Positions 39,115 through 51,279 of a stretch of 64,000 bases of DNA are shown one piece after another. The stretch is from Blastocatellia bacterium (GTDB taxonomy: Bacteria > Acidobacteriota > Blastocatellia > UBA7656). Location: positions 1,200 to 65,199 of the forward strand of contig JBJMGU010000271.1 of the NCBI GenBank assembly GCA_045807765.1, read 5' to 3'. Positions within the stretch are counted from its first letter, which is position 1. Each line of letters begins with the position of its first letter. The notes under the pieces are model-generated. The model had not been told where the DNA came from. It did not search any database and worked only from the letters and a program-made list of their open reading frames with translations. A program made the translations under genes and the position numbers.

Positions 39115-40062
39115 ATGGAAAAGCGTCAACTCGGCAAATCAGGATTACAGGTTGCCCCGCTCACATTCGGCGGCAACGTCTTTGGCTGGACGGCAGACGA
39201 GCCGACCTCGTTTCGGCTGCTGGACGCCTTTGTCGCCGCCGGCTTCAACTTCATAGACACGGCAGACATCTACTCCCGGTGGAAGCCGGGCAATCAGGGC
39301 GGCGAATCTGAAACCATCATCGGCAAGTGGCTGCGGCAGCGCGGCAACCGAGACCGTGTGATCATCGCCACAAAAGTCGGCCTGGACATGGGGGACGGCA
39401 AGAAGGGACTATCGGCGTCTTATATCCAGCGTGCCGCTGACGATTCGCTGGCGCGTTTGCAGACTGACTACATCGATCTCTACCAGTCACACACGGACGA
39501 TACGGAGACGCCGCTCGAAGAGACGCTAGGGGCCTTCGCGCAGTTGATTGAACAGGGTAAGGTGCGCGCCATCGGCGCGTCGAACTATTCGGGCAAGCGG
39601 TTAGCCGAAGCCCTGGAAGTCAGCCGCAAGCACGGCTATCCGCGTTACGAGAGCCTGCAACCGAACTATAACCTCTACGACCGCGCGGAGTATGAGGCCG
39701 ACATGGAGCCGGTCTGTCTTGAGCACGGCGTTGGCGTTATCAGTTACTATTCGCTGGCCAGTGGCTTTCTAACGGGCAAGTACCGTTCGGAGGCGGACCT
39801 GGCAAAAAGCCCGCGCGGCAAGGGCGTCCAGGCTTATCTGAACGAGCGCGGCTTTCGGATTCTGCGAGCGCTCGACGAAGTTGCCGGCGCTTATCATTCG
39901 ACGCCGGCGCAGGTGGCGCTTGCCTGGCTGATTGCCCGTCCGAGCATCACTGCTCCTATCGCCAGCGCCACCAGCCTGGAACAACTTGACGACCTGATCG
40001 CCGCCGCGCATCTGCAATTGGATCAGCCGGCGATTGAGAAATTGAATCAGGCGAGCGCCTGA
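39115..40062 (+). CDS. Aldo/keto reductase
   Basis: MEKRQLGKSGLQVAPLTFGGNVFGW...DTADIYS...; AKR family, about 315 aa. Confidence 0.9.
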   Translation: MEKRQLGKSGLQVAPLTFGGNVFGWTADEPTSFRLLDAFVAAGFNFIDTADIYSRWKPGNQGGESETIIGKWLRQRGNRDRVIIATKVGLDMGDGKKGLSASYIQRAADDSLARLQTDYIDLYQSHTDDTETPLEETLGAFAQLIEQGKVRAIGASNYSGKRLAEALEVSRKHGYPRYESLQPNYNLYDRAEYEADMEPVCLEHGVGVISYYSLASGFLTGKYRSEADLAKSPRGKGVQAYLNERGFRILRALDEVAGAYHSTPAQVALAWLIARPSITAPIASATSLEQLDDLIAAAHLQLDQPAIEKLNQASA

Positions 40063-40116
40063 GCGCCTGCCCTGATTAACCGATGCGAGCGGCTGACGGC
40101 GCGGCTAGATAGCCTG

Positions 40117-40515
40117 CTACTCTCTGGTCGTGCCGAGCCGCTCTGCTGTTTCAACGCCAATCAACAGGTTCCAGAGGTTGTAATGCACGTCGTCTTTGGC
40201 GACGTAGTAATTCTCAGGCTCCGCCGTCATGTCACCTGTAGCGGTGAACTCGCCGCGCTCCAGGTCCTTCAGATCAACATAGGTCGCGCCCTGCTTCAGC
40301 CGCGCCCCTTCGGGCTGCACGACGATCTGCTTGAGGTCGTCATCGAGCAGATCGTTTAACCGACGGTGCGCGTCTTTGATGTCGTAAGCCGTGCGCGTCG
40401 GAGCCGCAGCCGGCGTACCGATGTTCTGCCCGGCCATCGGGTTCGTGTTCAAGTCGCGCATGTACTCCTGCGGGTGTTTGTCGAGGTCGGCTTCCTGCGG
40501 TTTTTCCTTTGACAT
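40117..40515 (-). CDS. Hypothetical protein (132 aa)
   Basis: Start MSKEKPQEADL, with GGGAGGAG 4 nt upstream. The longer ORF-track N-terminal extension lacks an RBS. Confidence 0.6.
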   Translation of the reverse strand: MSKEKPQEADLDKHPQEYMRDLNTNPMAGQNIGTPAAAPTRTAYDIKDAHRRLNDLLDDDLKQIVVQPEGARLKQGATYVDLKDLERGEFTATGDMTAEPENYYVAKDDVHYNLWNLLIGVETAERLGTTRE

Positions 40516-40660
40516 AACTCCTCCCTGATAGGCAATTGCCCAACAGCGCCCGCTTATCATAATTGCAACGGCCATGCCATGCGCGGCGCGGCTTCTGCGG
40601 CCTTCACCGGCGCAACGGGCTGCCAGGCTGAAACGAAAAAAGACGTATGAGTTTGCTGCA

Positions 40661-40885
40661 ATGTTTGACAATTCTGCCAAAGTCGAAGCGCTTATCAAGC
40701 GGGCCGAGGACTTCCACACACGGCGGCGCGACAGTTTTCCGAATATTGCCGACCCGTTTCCGAAAGTCCACCGGCATACCTTTCACCGCACCGCCACGCA
40801 AGGGAAACAATTCTTTTACTACTATGACCCTGCCGCCTGCGGCTCGGCGAACCCCACCTACGGCACGATCATCATCAAGCCGTAA
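40661..40885 (+). CDS. Small hypothetical protein (74 aa)
   Basis: GC3-biased ORF MFDNSAKVEALIKRAEDFH.... An alternative minus-strand ORF covers the same region, so this call is weak. Confidence 0.35.
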   Translation: MFDNSAKVEALIKRAEDFHTRRRDSFPNIADPFPKVHRHTFHRTATQGKQFFYYYDPAACGSANPTYGTIIIKP

Positions 40886-41078
40886 CCGCCGCGCCACGGC
40901 TGGCGGTCGCTCTGGCCTGAAATGTAAAAAGATGTCCGCTCTCGACTTTCCGTTTGACGACGCCACAAAAAACGCATAGCTTCATCGGTGGAGAGCAGTT
41001 CCCTGCTCTCCACATCTTAACCTGTGGCTGCCGCCCGGTGGTTGCGCAGCCAGGAATCTAACCCGAAAGAGAATTCCG

Positions 41079-42554
41079 ATGAAACATAAACTTGTGACGT
41101 TTGTGTTTCTGCTCGCCCTGGCTGCGCCAGCGGCGGCGCAGGCAAAGAAGACAGAGGCCACAGACTGGCACGATGTCACCCGTGACGTCTTCGTCAACAA
41201 CGATCTGGACCGCGGCGCGCAGGTCTTGACCGCCGATAACCCGACGCGCCTGGCGCTGATCTCGGCCAAGCTCGATGCCGCCATCGTGCTCGATGTCACA
41301 GAGAAGACCATGAGCGCGATGCCGAAAGACGCTTTTCATTTCGCTGCCGACCGCGCCTCGGCGAAATCCGATGCTGGCGTCGAGCTGAAGCCCGCGGGCA
41401 AGTTCACGCGCATCGACGGGCCGATCTATTCGTTTGCAGTCGGCGGCCTGCCGGTGTTGATCCGCGCGCATCCGGGCGCAGTCGGCGAACTGACTTTTGA
41501 CAAGCTCTGGGAGACCGTCCCGGTGTGGCGCGCCGAGATGGAGGCTTACACGCCCGACGCCAGGGCGGTCGCGGCGCTTAAAGCCATTGATAAAGACACA
41601 CAGCTCACTGTGATCTTCGGCACATGGTGTGGCGACAGCAAATACTATGTGCCGCGGCTGCTGCGGGCGTTGAAAGAGGCCGGCAACAACCATCTGCAAG
41701 TTAAGCTCGTCGGCGTAGACAATCAATTTCACGAGCCGGTCGCCACAGTGCAGCCGCGCCAGTTAACCAATGTGCCGACCATCATCGTCGAACGCGATGG
41801 GCACGAGACCGGGCGCATCGTCGAGACGCCTGCCGTCGAGCTGATCGAGCAAGACCTCGCAGACCTCTTGAGCGGCAAGGCAAATCCGCACAAGGGGCGC
41901 TTGGAGCGCGGCGCGAAAATCGCCTCGGGGGCTTATCAATACAAGGACGCGGGCGGCAAGCTGCGCGGCTCGGAAGATTGGGAGATGTTCAACACCGCAG
42001 ACGGTGGCCTGCTCCTGCACAGCCGCGTGGTGATGGGCGATGTCGTCACGGAAGTCTTCGAGCGCACCAACGCGCAGCACGCGCCGACCTATGTCGAGAT
42101 CACCCGCCAGCGCAATGAAGCGCGATCTCGCACCCGCATCAACATTGACAGCCACACGCTGACCGCCCGCATGCGCAGCAGCATCAGCGGCATCATTCAA
42201 CAGACGGTCGAACTGCCTGACGCGTTCAGCCTCCGCCTGCCGGCGATTGCCGCTGATGGCCTGCGGCTCGCCGACCTGAAAAGTGGTGAAACCTACAAGG
42301 CAGCTTGCTACCTCTCGCCGGCAGAGTTCGACGGCGCAATGGGGTCGCTGGCTGAGATGAGGATTGAGAGCAAAGCCGACGAAGCGGTGCGCGTGCCGGC
42401 GGGCGATTTTCAGGCGCGTCATTTCATCCGCAAGGGCGAAAAGGAGACGAGCCACCTGTGGCTGCACCCGCAACTCGGCGTGCCTGTGCGCGGCGAGGCC
42501 AATGGGTTGGCGTTCGTGCTAACCGCGCTTGAGCTTGCGCCGCCAGCGAAGTAA
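41079..42554 (+). CDS. Secreted hypothetical protein with a thioredoxin-like segment
   Basis: Signal peptide MKHKLVTFVFLLALAAPAAAQA. The segment TVIFGTWCGDSKYYVPRLLRALKEAGNNHLQVKLVGVD resembles a thioredoxin-fold beta-alpha-beta unit with a single Cys. Confidence 0.7.
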   Translation: MKHKLVTFVFLLALAAPAAAQAKKTEATDWHDVTRDVFVNNDLDRGAQVLTADNPTRLALISAKLDAAIVLDVTEKTMSAMPKDAFHFAADRASAKSDAGVELKPAGKFTRIDGPIYSFAVGGLPVLIRAHPGAVGELTFDKLWETVPVWRAEMEAYTPDARAVAALKAIDKDTQLTVIFGTWCGDSKYYVPRLLRALKEAGNNHLQVKLVGVDNQFHEPVATVQPRQLTNVPTIIVERDGHETGRIVETPAVELIEQDLADLLSGKANPHKGRLERGAKIASGAYQYKDAGGKLRGSEDWEMFNTADGGLLLHSRVVMGDVVTEVFERTNAQHAPTYVEITRQRNEARSRTRINIDSHTLTARMRSSISGIIQQTVELPDAFSLRLPAIAADGLRLADLKSGETYKAACYLSPAEFDGAMGSLAEMRIESKADEAVRVPAGDFQARHFIRKGEKETSHLWLHPQLGVPVRGEANGLAFVLTALELAPPAK

Positions 42555-42617
42555 GCTATCGGCATCAAAGCTTGCGTGGACTCTCCAAATGTCAAGTTGA
42601 ACCAGGAGGAACCTTCA

Positions 42618-42875
42618 ATGAAGACCCGAATCAGTCGTCGCTCAGTGTTGAACACGATTGTGCCGGCGGCGCTTGTCAGCTTCGCATTTCCGGCGAGCGC
42701 CAAAGCCGCCGACCAGCCACATATGCAAGCGGCGCTCGATGCGCTCAGGCTCGCCAAGCGCGAGCTTGAACAGGCGACCGATGACAAAGGCGGCCACCGC
42801 GGCAAGGCCATCGGCCTGGTCAATCAAGCGATGAATCAGGTCGAGCGCGGCATTCAGTTCGACCGCAGGCATTAA
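42618..42875 (+). CDS. Small secreted hypothetical protein (85 aa)
   Basis: Start MKTRISRRSVLNTIVPAALVSFAFPASAKA (RR-containing signal peptide), with GGAGGAAC upstream. Confidence 0.5.
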   Translation: MKTRISRRSVLNTIVPAALVSFAFPASAKAADQPHMQAALDALRLAKRELEQATDDKGGHRGKAIGLVNQAMNQVERGIQFDRRH

Positions 42876-42946
42876 TCGTCGAGCGGCTGGCGAGTGGCGG
42901 TTGTCATCTTCGCCAGCCGCGCCGCTTGTACGGTGCGCCGCGTCGT

Positions 42947-43828
42947 TCATTGGACGCGGCGGCTGGCCTGCGGCAGCGCATGGCGCTGGAAGAACTCGAC
43001 CACGAGCGGCAGCGCCTCGGTCGGAAATTCGTGGCCGCCCGGATGCAGGTAAGTCGCCAGCTCGATCCCGTCGCTCCCCGGCTCAATTCTTAGATATCCT
43101 TTGCTGACCGCCCGCGCCGCTTCGGTATGCAGCACACGGCGCGCCAGCCCAACGCTTAACATCTGCCCTTCGTAAGGCACGAGCGGATCACGCTCGCCGG
43201 CGATGATGAAGAGGGAGCGCGGCTTAACCTGTTCGAGCAGCCGCCCGCCCTGTCCCGAAGCCGAGCAGAAAGCGGCGAACGGTTCGCCGCGCATTGCCCA
43301 TAAGACGTTCACAAAGCGCGCGCCGTTCGAGTGACCGAGCGCGTAGACGCGGCTCGGATCAACTTTGTAACGCCTTTCAATCTCGCCCTGCATCGCATCA
43401 ACAAAGCGCACGTCGCGGTCATTCATCTCGCCGGGATTCTTCTGCCAGCCATTGCGCTTGCCTTCCGGGTCGGTGATGCCGACGACGCCCGGCAACCCTT
43501 GCAGGTAAGCGACCGTGGCTTGCGGCCACAGCTCGTGCAGGCGCATGCGGCGCGCGACGAGCTGCGCGGTGCCGCCGTGGCCATGAAAGACCAGAACGAG
43601 CGGCGCGCCGCCCTGCGGCACGGGCGACGTGGCGGCAAAGACCAGCGCGGTGCGCGGCGCGCCGTCCACTGTGACCGTCAGGGTCGCCGCTTCACCGCGG
43701 GCGCTAACGAAACTCGCGGGATTGCGGCCCTGCCTTGCGGCGGCGTCCGAGCGCACGCCACAGCCGGCGGCGATCAACAATCCAATTATCAAGCTCAAGG
43801 CTACAACGGTTCGAGAGATGGCTCGCAT
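42947..43828 (-). CDS. Lipoprotein alpha/beta-hydrolase (esterase / PHB-depolymerase-like)
   Basis: Lipobox LLIAAGC. Oxyanion-hole region LVFHGHGG; nucleophile elbow GHSNGA. Confidence 0.75.
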   Translation of the reverse strand: MRAISRTVVALSLIIGLLIAAGCGVRSDAAARQGRNPASFVSARGEAATLTVTVDGAPRTALVFAATSPVPQGGAPLVLVFHGHGGTAQLVARRMRLHELWPQATVAYLQGLPGVVGITDPEGKRNGWQKNPGEMNDRDVRFVDAMQGEIERRYKVDPSRVYALGHSNGARFVNVLWAMRGEPFAAFCSASGQGGRLLEQVKPRSLFIIAGERDPLVPYEGQMLSVGLARRVLHTEAARAVSKGYLRIEPGSDGIELATYLHPGGHEFPTEALPLVVEFFQRHALPQASRRVQ

Positions 43829-44083
43829 GGCATATCCTTTCTACCTTTCATCGGCTGGCGCTGCTTTATTCGGCGCCGTTTCTTTAGACAGTCGCCGGCC
43901 CGCGAAAGTCGTGATAGTTATTTGAAAAGCCGTGCGCCGCGCCCGCCGCTTGCCGCTGATTTTTCGCCGCCGACCGCGCTTGACAAGCCGCGCCGGGTAC
44001 ACGATGCTAATTGTTTGGCTAAGGGCGATAATTTCCGCCCAGTGCGCATCACGAACTTATCAGAACTCATAGGAGACTGTCAG

Positions 44084-46858
<2,775 letters not shown>

Positions 46859-46918
46859 ACAGAGTTTGACAATATTGAGCCTGACGGCGGTGAGTTTGCG
46901 AGCGTTTCGTTTAGCATC

Positions 46919-49900
46919 TCACCGCCCTTTCTTCTTGTGCTTACCCTTTCTTTGCTTGCTAGTCGGGGGTATCCGAAAACCCGGCATCTTTCTCAAAAGT
47001 TCCTGCCTCTGCTCTCTAACCCTTTCGTAACTCGGATGGTCACTGGGAAGCCCCCGAAAGTAATCCTCAATAGTCTGCCGTGCTTCGAGGCGGCGATTTA
47101 GCTGAAAAAGAGAGTACATCACACCCACTACAGAATTAGCCGTATCAGGATGATGCTCTCCAAGTAAATCTCTGCGAATCTCCAGCCCCTTCTGCAGAAA
47201 CTCTAGTGCCCGCTTGTGGTCGCCGAGAGCGCTATAGGTACTACCAACGTTGTTGAACGACAAGGCGGTGTCAGGATGCTTGTCGCCGAACAGCTCCTGG
47301 CGAATCTCCAGCGCCCTTTGTTTAAGCTCCAGCGCCCGCTTGTGATCGCCGAGATCGCCATAAGTGCCGCCGACGTTGTCGAATGATGTGGCGGTGTCAG
47401 GATGCCTGTCGCCAAACAGCTCCTGGCGAATCTCCAGCGCTTTCTGCAGAAATTCCAGTGCGCGCTTGTGATCGCCGAGCTTACCATAACTGCTGCCAAC
47501 GTTGTTGAATGACGCGGCAGTGTCAGGATGCTTGTCGCCAAATAGCTTCTGCTGAATCTCCAGCGCTTTCTGCAGAAATTCCAGTGCGCGCTTGTGATCG
47601 CCGAGCTTACCATAACTGCTGCCAACGTTGTTGAATGACGCGGCAGTGTCAGGATGCTTGTCGCCAAACAGCTCCTGGCGAATCTCCAGCGCCTTCTGCT
47701 GAAACTCCAGCGCCCGCTTGTAATCGCCCAAAGCGGAATAACTAAAGCCAAGATCGTTTAATATATGTGCTTTCAACGCCAAATCGCTGATATTGCTTTG
47801 TTCGAAGGCTGCCCATGCTTTTTCAAGCTGCGTACGAACATCGTGGTAGCGTCCGTGATGATACGACGGATATGCTTGTAGCCACATCAAATGACTTTCG
47901 TATTTCGGCGCATATGCTGAGGCATGTTGCTCCCACGCTTGCAGGTGGTCAATCTCGCTCTCAAAAAACGGTAATTGATTGAACTCTACTCGCTTATCTT
48001 CAAACCATTTTGCCATCCGCTCACAGATTGTAGCTATCCAACTCTCCTGGCCTTTTAGTGGAACATCTTCACGCCGAACTTCGCGCACGAGCCGGTGAAT
48101 GGCATAGCTTTCTGCGGCAAGGGTCTTTTGTAGCAACCGAAGTGCAGTGCCGAGACTCAACGCGCCAGTCAATTCAGCCGGATTCGGAATATCAAGTAGT
48201 GCGCACATCAAAGATAAGCTCATCGGTGCGGAACCGCTCCACGTCAATAAATTCAGAATGTCGCGTAGTAACGGCTCGTCTTGAAAAATCCCCTCGTTGA
48301 TCTTTAGCGTCGAGTAAATGTCTTTTTCATGCTTGGTGAAGCTGCCCAGGAATTTGCCCGAAAGGGCCGCTTTGACGTTCTGTTGTAGAAGTTCCAGGTA
48401 CTGTCGCCAGGGTAGTTGCCGATAGCGGACGTAGGCCCCTGCCAGTTCAAGCGCCAGTGGGAGGCCATCTAACATTCCGGCGATTTCCCTTGCCGCTCGC
48501 GCTTCGTCTTCTCCGGCGGGCGTTTGCTCACGTCCCGCTTCCTGTAACAATAGCTTGAGCGAAAGCTCATGATCTAATAGCTTCAGTTGAACAGGCTTGA
48601 ATCCTGGTTGCTCAAGCCGGCTTGTGATGAGAATGTGGGGGCTGGCTTGCGGCTCAGGCAAGTATGGTTCGATGGCATTGGTCGCTTCAACGTTATCGAA
48701 CACCAGCAGACAATCCGAGTAAGTGCGTATACGTTGCAGGGCAATCTCCAGCTTATATTTATGCTCGGATTCCGGTGCAACCCACCGGGCTTTCTCGGCA
48801 ATGTGGATCAATTGCGAATCAATATCCTGGTCTGCATTCACCCAGATGACACCATTGGGGTATTCATTCTGAAAGCGATACGTATACTCGACGGCGAGTT
48901 GAGTCTTACCTAACCCGCCTAGCCCTTGAAACGCGGCGGTCTGGCCGATCACCGTGCGGCGGCCATTGGTGAGCTGCTCGCGCACTGCCAAAATGGTTTC
49001 CTCGCGTCCAACCACCTGAGTGCCCTTTTGCGGAAAAGGAACGTAGAAGACTGGATTGCGGGGATCGTAGGATGCGATTGGCTGACTACGAGGCGGATCG
49101 GTTTGCTCTGGCTCTGGTTTTTTTCTTGCTGGACCTGCTGCGGCAGCAACCCTGCTCAACTCACGTACTCCCTCTAGCAGCGGTAAGCCGTAATCCGCAA
49201 CCGTGACTGGCTCTACTGGCAGAGCCAATCTCTGTATATTCTCGCGCTCGGCGGCGCGAGTCAGAACGTAATGCGGGCCGGTTGTGCCATTGAAGATGTC
49301 GCTGATGCCGCGCAATTGCACACCGAAATAGGCATCATCGAGGCTGAAGCCGATAAACAAGAATGTGTGCGAGGCCATCAATTGATGCAATGTTGCCAGA
49401 GCTGCCCGGTAGCGGTGTTCAGCTTCTCCCACTTCAGGATAAAGCCGACGATAGCCATCAGGAGTTAGAATCAAATTCGTTGCGTTATGAATATAGCCAT
49501 GAAGATGCCAGACCGTTGGGTGATTTATCTCTCCGCGCAGTAAGCCACTCTGTTCAGCCGGAGCCTCAATGTCCCAAACCACCAGATCATCACGCTGAGG
49601 GCATGCCCAGTGCAGCACACGATCATAGTTGGTAGTAATAACAAGCTGGCTCCCTAATTGCCATACCGCTCTTGCTAGATCAAGACTGCTATCATCAGCG
49701 TCCTTGCTCCTGCGATCAAGATGCTCCTTAATGAACTGAAACCAAACCGGGCCTAATCCTTGCCGCGCCCGCCTTGCCGCATCGAGGTAATCAGGAGGCT
49801 CAATCTGCAATAGGCCACGCACTGTATTTGCATAAGGCGACTTCTTTTCTTCATCAAGCCGGTCTGCCGCTGCCTCAAGCAGATTCTTCCAACTAGGGAA

Positions 49901-50008
49901 AAGGCGCTCGCCATGCTTATCCTTGACGGCCATAGAAACGCCTGCACCAACAAAGGGAATCACTTTGCCTTCGCGAAGACGTTCACCCAATGTTCTTGGA
50001 ATATCCAT
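46919..50008 (-). CDS. STAND protein: N-terminal SIR2-like domain, NB-ARC-type NTPase and C-terminal TPR repeats (antiphage-STAND-like architecture)
   Basis: SIR2_2-like GKVIPFVGAGVS; P-loop GLGGLGKTQLAVEY; Walker B CLLVFDNVE. At least five 42-aa TPR units (ALEIRQELFGDKHPDTA...). The gene sits in a lower-GC island. Confidence 0.85.
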   Translation of the reverse strand: MDIPRTLGERLREGKVIPFVGAGVSMAVKDKHGERLFPSWKNLLEAAADRLDEEKKSPYANTVRGLLQIEPPDYLDAARRARQGLGPVWFQFIKEHLDRRSKDADDSSLDLARAVWQLGSQLVITTNYDRVLHWACPQRDDLVVWDIEAPAEQSGLLRGEINHPTVWHLHGYIHNATNLILTPDGYRRLYPEVGEAEHRYRAALATLHQLMASHTFLFIGFSLDDAYFGVQLRGISDIFNGTTGPHYVLTRAAERENIQRLALPVEPVTVADYGLPLLEGVRELSRVAAAAGPARKKPEPEQTDPPRSQPIASYDPRNPVFYVPFPQKGTQVVGREETILAVREQLTNGRRTVIGQTAAFQGLGGLGKTQLAVEYTYRFQNEYPNGVIWVNADQDIDSQLIHIAEKARWVAPESEHKYKLEIALQRIRTYSDCLLVFDNVEATNAIEPYLPEPQASPHILITSRLEQPGFKPVQLKLLDHELSLKLLLQEAGREQTPAGEDEARAAREIAGMLDGLPLALELAGAYVRYRQLPWRQYLELLQQNVKAALSGKFLGSFTKHEKDIYSTLKINEGIFQDEPLLRDILNLLTWSGSAPMSLSLMCALLDIPNPAELTGALSLGTALRLLQKTLAAESYAIHRLVREVRREDVPLKGQESWIATICERMAKWFEDKRVEFNQLPFFESEIDHLQAWEQHASAYAPKYESHLMWLQAYPSYHHGRYHDVRTQLEKAWAAFEQSNISDLALKAHILNDLGFSYSALGDYKRALEFQQKALEIRQELFGDKHPDTAASFNNVGSSYGKLGDHKRALEFLQKALEIQQKLFGDKHPDTAASFNNVGSSYGKLGDHKRALEFLQKALEIRQELFGDRHPDTATSFDNVGGTYGDLGDHKRALELKQRALEIRQELFGDKHPDTALSFNNVGSTYSALGDHKRALEFLQKGLEIRRDLLGEHHPDTANSVVGVMYSLFQLNRRLEARQTIEDYFRGLPSDHPSYERVREQRQELLRKMPGFRIPPTSKQRKGKHKKKGR
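47160..47770. repeat. 126-bp tandem DNA repeats (about 5 copies; copies at 47453-47578 and 47579-47704 near-identical) encoding the TPR units of the STAND protein
   Basis: cgcttgtg(g/a)tcgccgag recurs at 47202, 47327, 47453, 47579 and 47705. The two central copies differ at only about 8 positions. Confidence 0.8.
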
Positions 50009-50341
50009 TGCTCACTCCAACCCGGCAAACTTAATGGTGCTCGAACCTTTGACCTGTAAATAAGAGAAGGTAACAAATGCCACCTGAGTACAGGCGAAAT
50101 ATATCATTACCTTGCAGTTTATTCCTAGAACTGGTTTTAACTGAGTTGGCCGGTGCGCAACTTGTGATGCGATATATGGCTCTGCACTACATCTGACAAG
50201 TGTTATGGAAACCCTGAGCAAATTGGCATAGTGTCCGCTGATTATCTCGAAGGGATGGCCATTCGTGGTCACCCCGTTTTATTGACACGCCGCACCAGGC
50301 CGCAGATAATCTCGAACAAAATTAGTCTAAGGTGGTGCGGA

Positions 50342-50623
50342 ATGAGTAACGATCCTGACTTTGAACGCCGAATCGACAACCAGTTAGCGACAATCGCTGA
50401 GAATCAAGCACGCTTCGATGAGAAGATGGCTGTTATGCAAGAGGCCATCGCCGGTTTAATTCAGGTGGCGCGCATCCATGACGAGCAGATTGACCGCAAC
50501 AGCCAGCAGATCAAAGAAAACTCTGAGGCGATTAAAGAACTCAGGGAAGGCTTGAGAGATCAGCGGGAAAACATCAACGCCTTGATCCGCGTCGTGGAAG
50601 ATCACGTGACGAATCACCCGTAG
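50342..50623 (+). CDS. Small coiled-coil hypothetical protein (93 aa), divergent from the SIR2-STAND gene
   Basis: Start MSNDPDFERRIDNQLATIAENQARFDEK..., with AAGGTGG upstream. Heptad-like pattern. Lower GC. Confidence 0.5.
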   Translation: MSNDPDFERRIDNQLATIAENQARFDEKMAVMQEAIAGLIQVARIHDEQIDRNSQQIKENSEAIKELREGLRDQRENINALIRVVEDHVTNHP

Positions 50624-50851
50624 GAACGTGAAAGGATTCCAGTTGATTTACCGCCTCGGCGTGACGAGCTTGCGACGGCCTGAGCCGAAGCCGCTCACCA
50701 GCACGGCGCAAACCCTCGTCACACTCGAAACCATCCTCGGCCCATTGCAGGCGGCACTGCTCGCTCTGGCCATTCGCCGCAAGTTCATGCGCTGACCACA
50801 GGCTTTCAGGTATACTCACTCGCTCACACCATCAGGCAGAAGGTTGAAGCA

Positions 50852-51259
50852 ATGAAACGAAAGCGACTGACGGCAAAGCGCAAGTCCGAACTCTGCGTCC
50901 TCTGCGGCAAGTGCTGTATGGCCATGACATTTTACGGCGGCGAGGTGGATGACGAATCGCGCGACGAGATTCACTGGATGGAGCTGCACGGCTTCAAGAT
51001 CGATTACGTCAAGACAGACGACGCGACGGATTACTACTTCAGCATCCCGCAACGCTGCAACGCGCTGCAAGAGACGCGCGGCGATGACGGGCTGATGCGC
51101 TACACCTGCGGCGTCTACGAAACCCGCCCGCAGATGTGCCGCGATTACGATGGCAGTCAGCCGGGGCCGCTTGGCGTCATTGATTGTTTCTGGCGATTGG
51201 AAAAAGAAGGCAAGCCGCTGCCGGTCACCGGTCTCGTACAACTAGAGACTTCGCGCTAG
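50852..51259 (+). CDS. YkgJ-family cysteine-cluster (CxxCxxCC) protein
   Basis: CVLCGKCC near the N-terminus plus additional Cys at CNAL / CGVY / CRDY, consistent with the UPF0153/YkgJ zinc/iron-chelating domain. Confidence 0.7.
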   Translation: MKRKRLTAKRKSELCVLCGKCCMAMTFYGGEVDDESRDEIHWMELHGFKIDYVKTDDATDYYFSIPQRCNALQETRGDDGLMRYTCGVYETRPQMCRDYDGSQPGPLGVIDCFWRLEKEGKPLPVTGLVQLETSR

Positions 51260-51279
51260 CCACTTAAAAACGAATCGCT

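Noticed and set aside
38866-39129. Minus-strand 87-aa ORF overlapping the aldo-keto reductase start region
   Set aside because: It overlaps the 5' end and RBS of the strongly supported AKR gene and has no recognisable features. Probably spurious.
43331-44083. ORF-track N-terminal extension of the ppdK ORF (1175 aa starting at 43331)
   Set aside because: The extension overlaps the convergent esterase gene on the other strand and has no kinase homology. The ATG at 44084 has a GGAG RBS and begins the canonical PPDK N-terminus, MTTKYVYLF.
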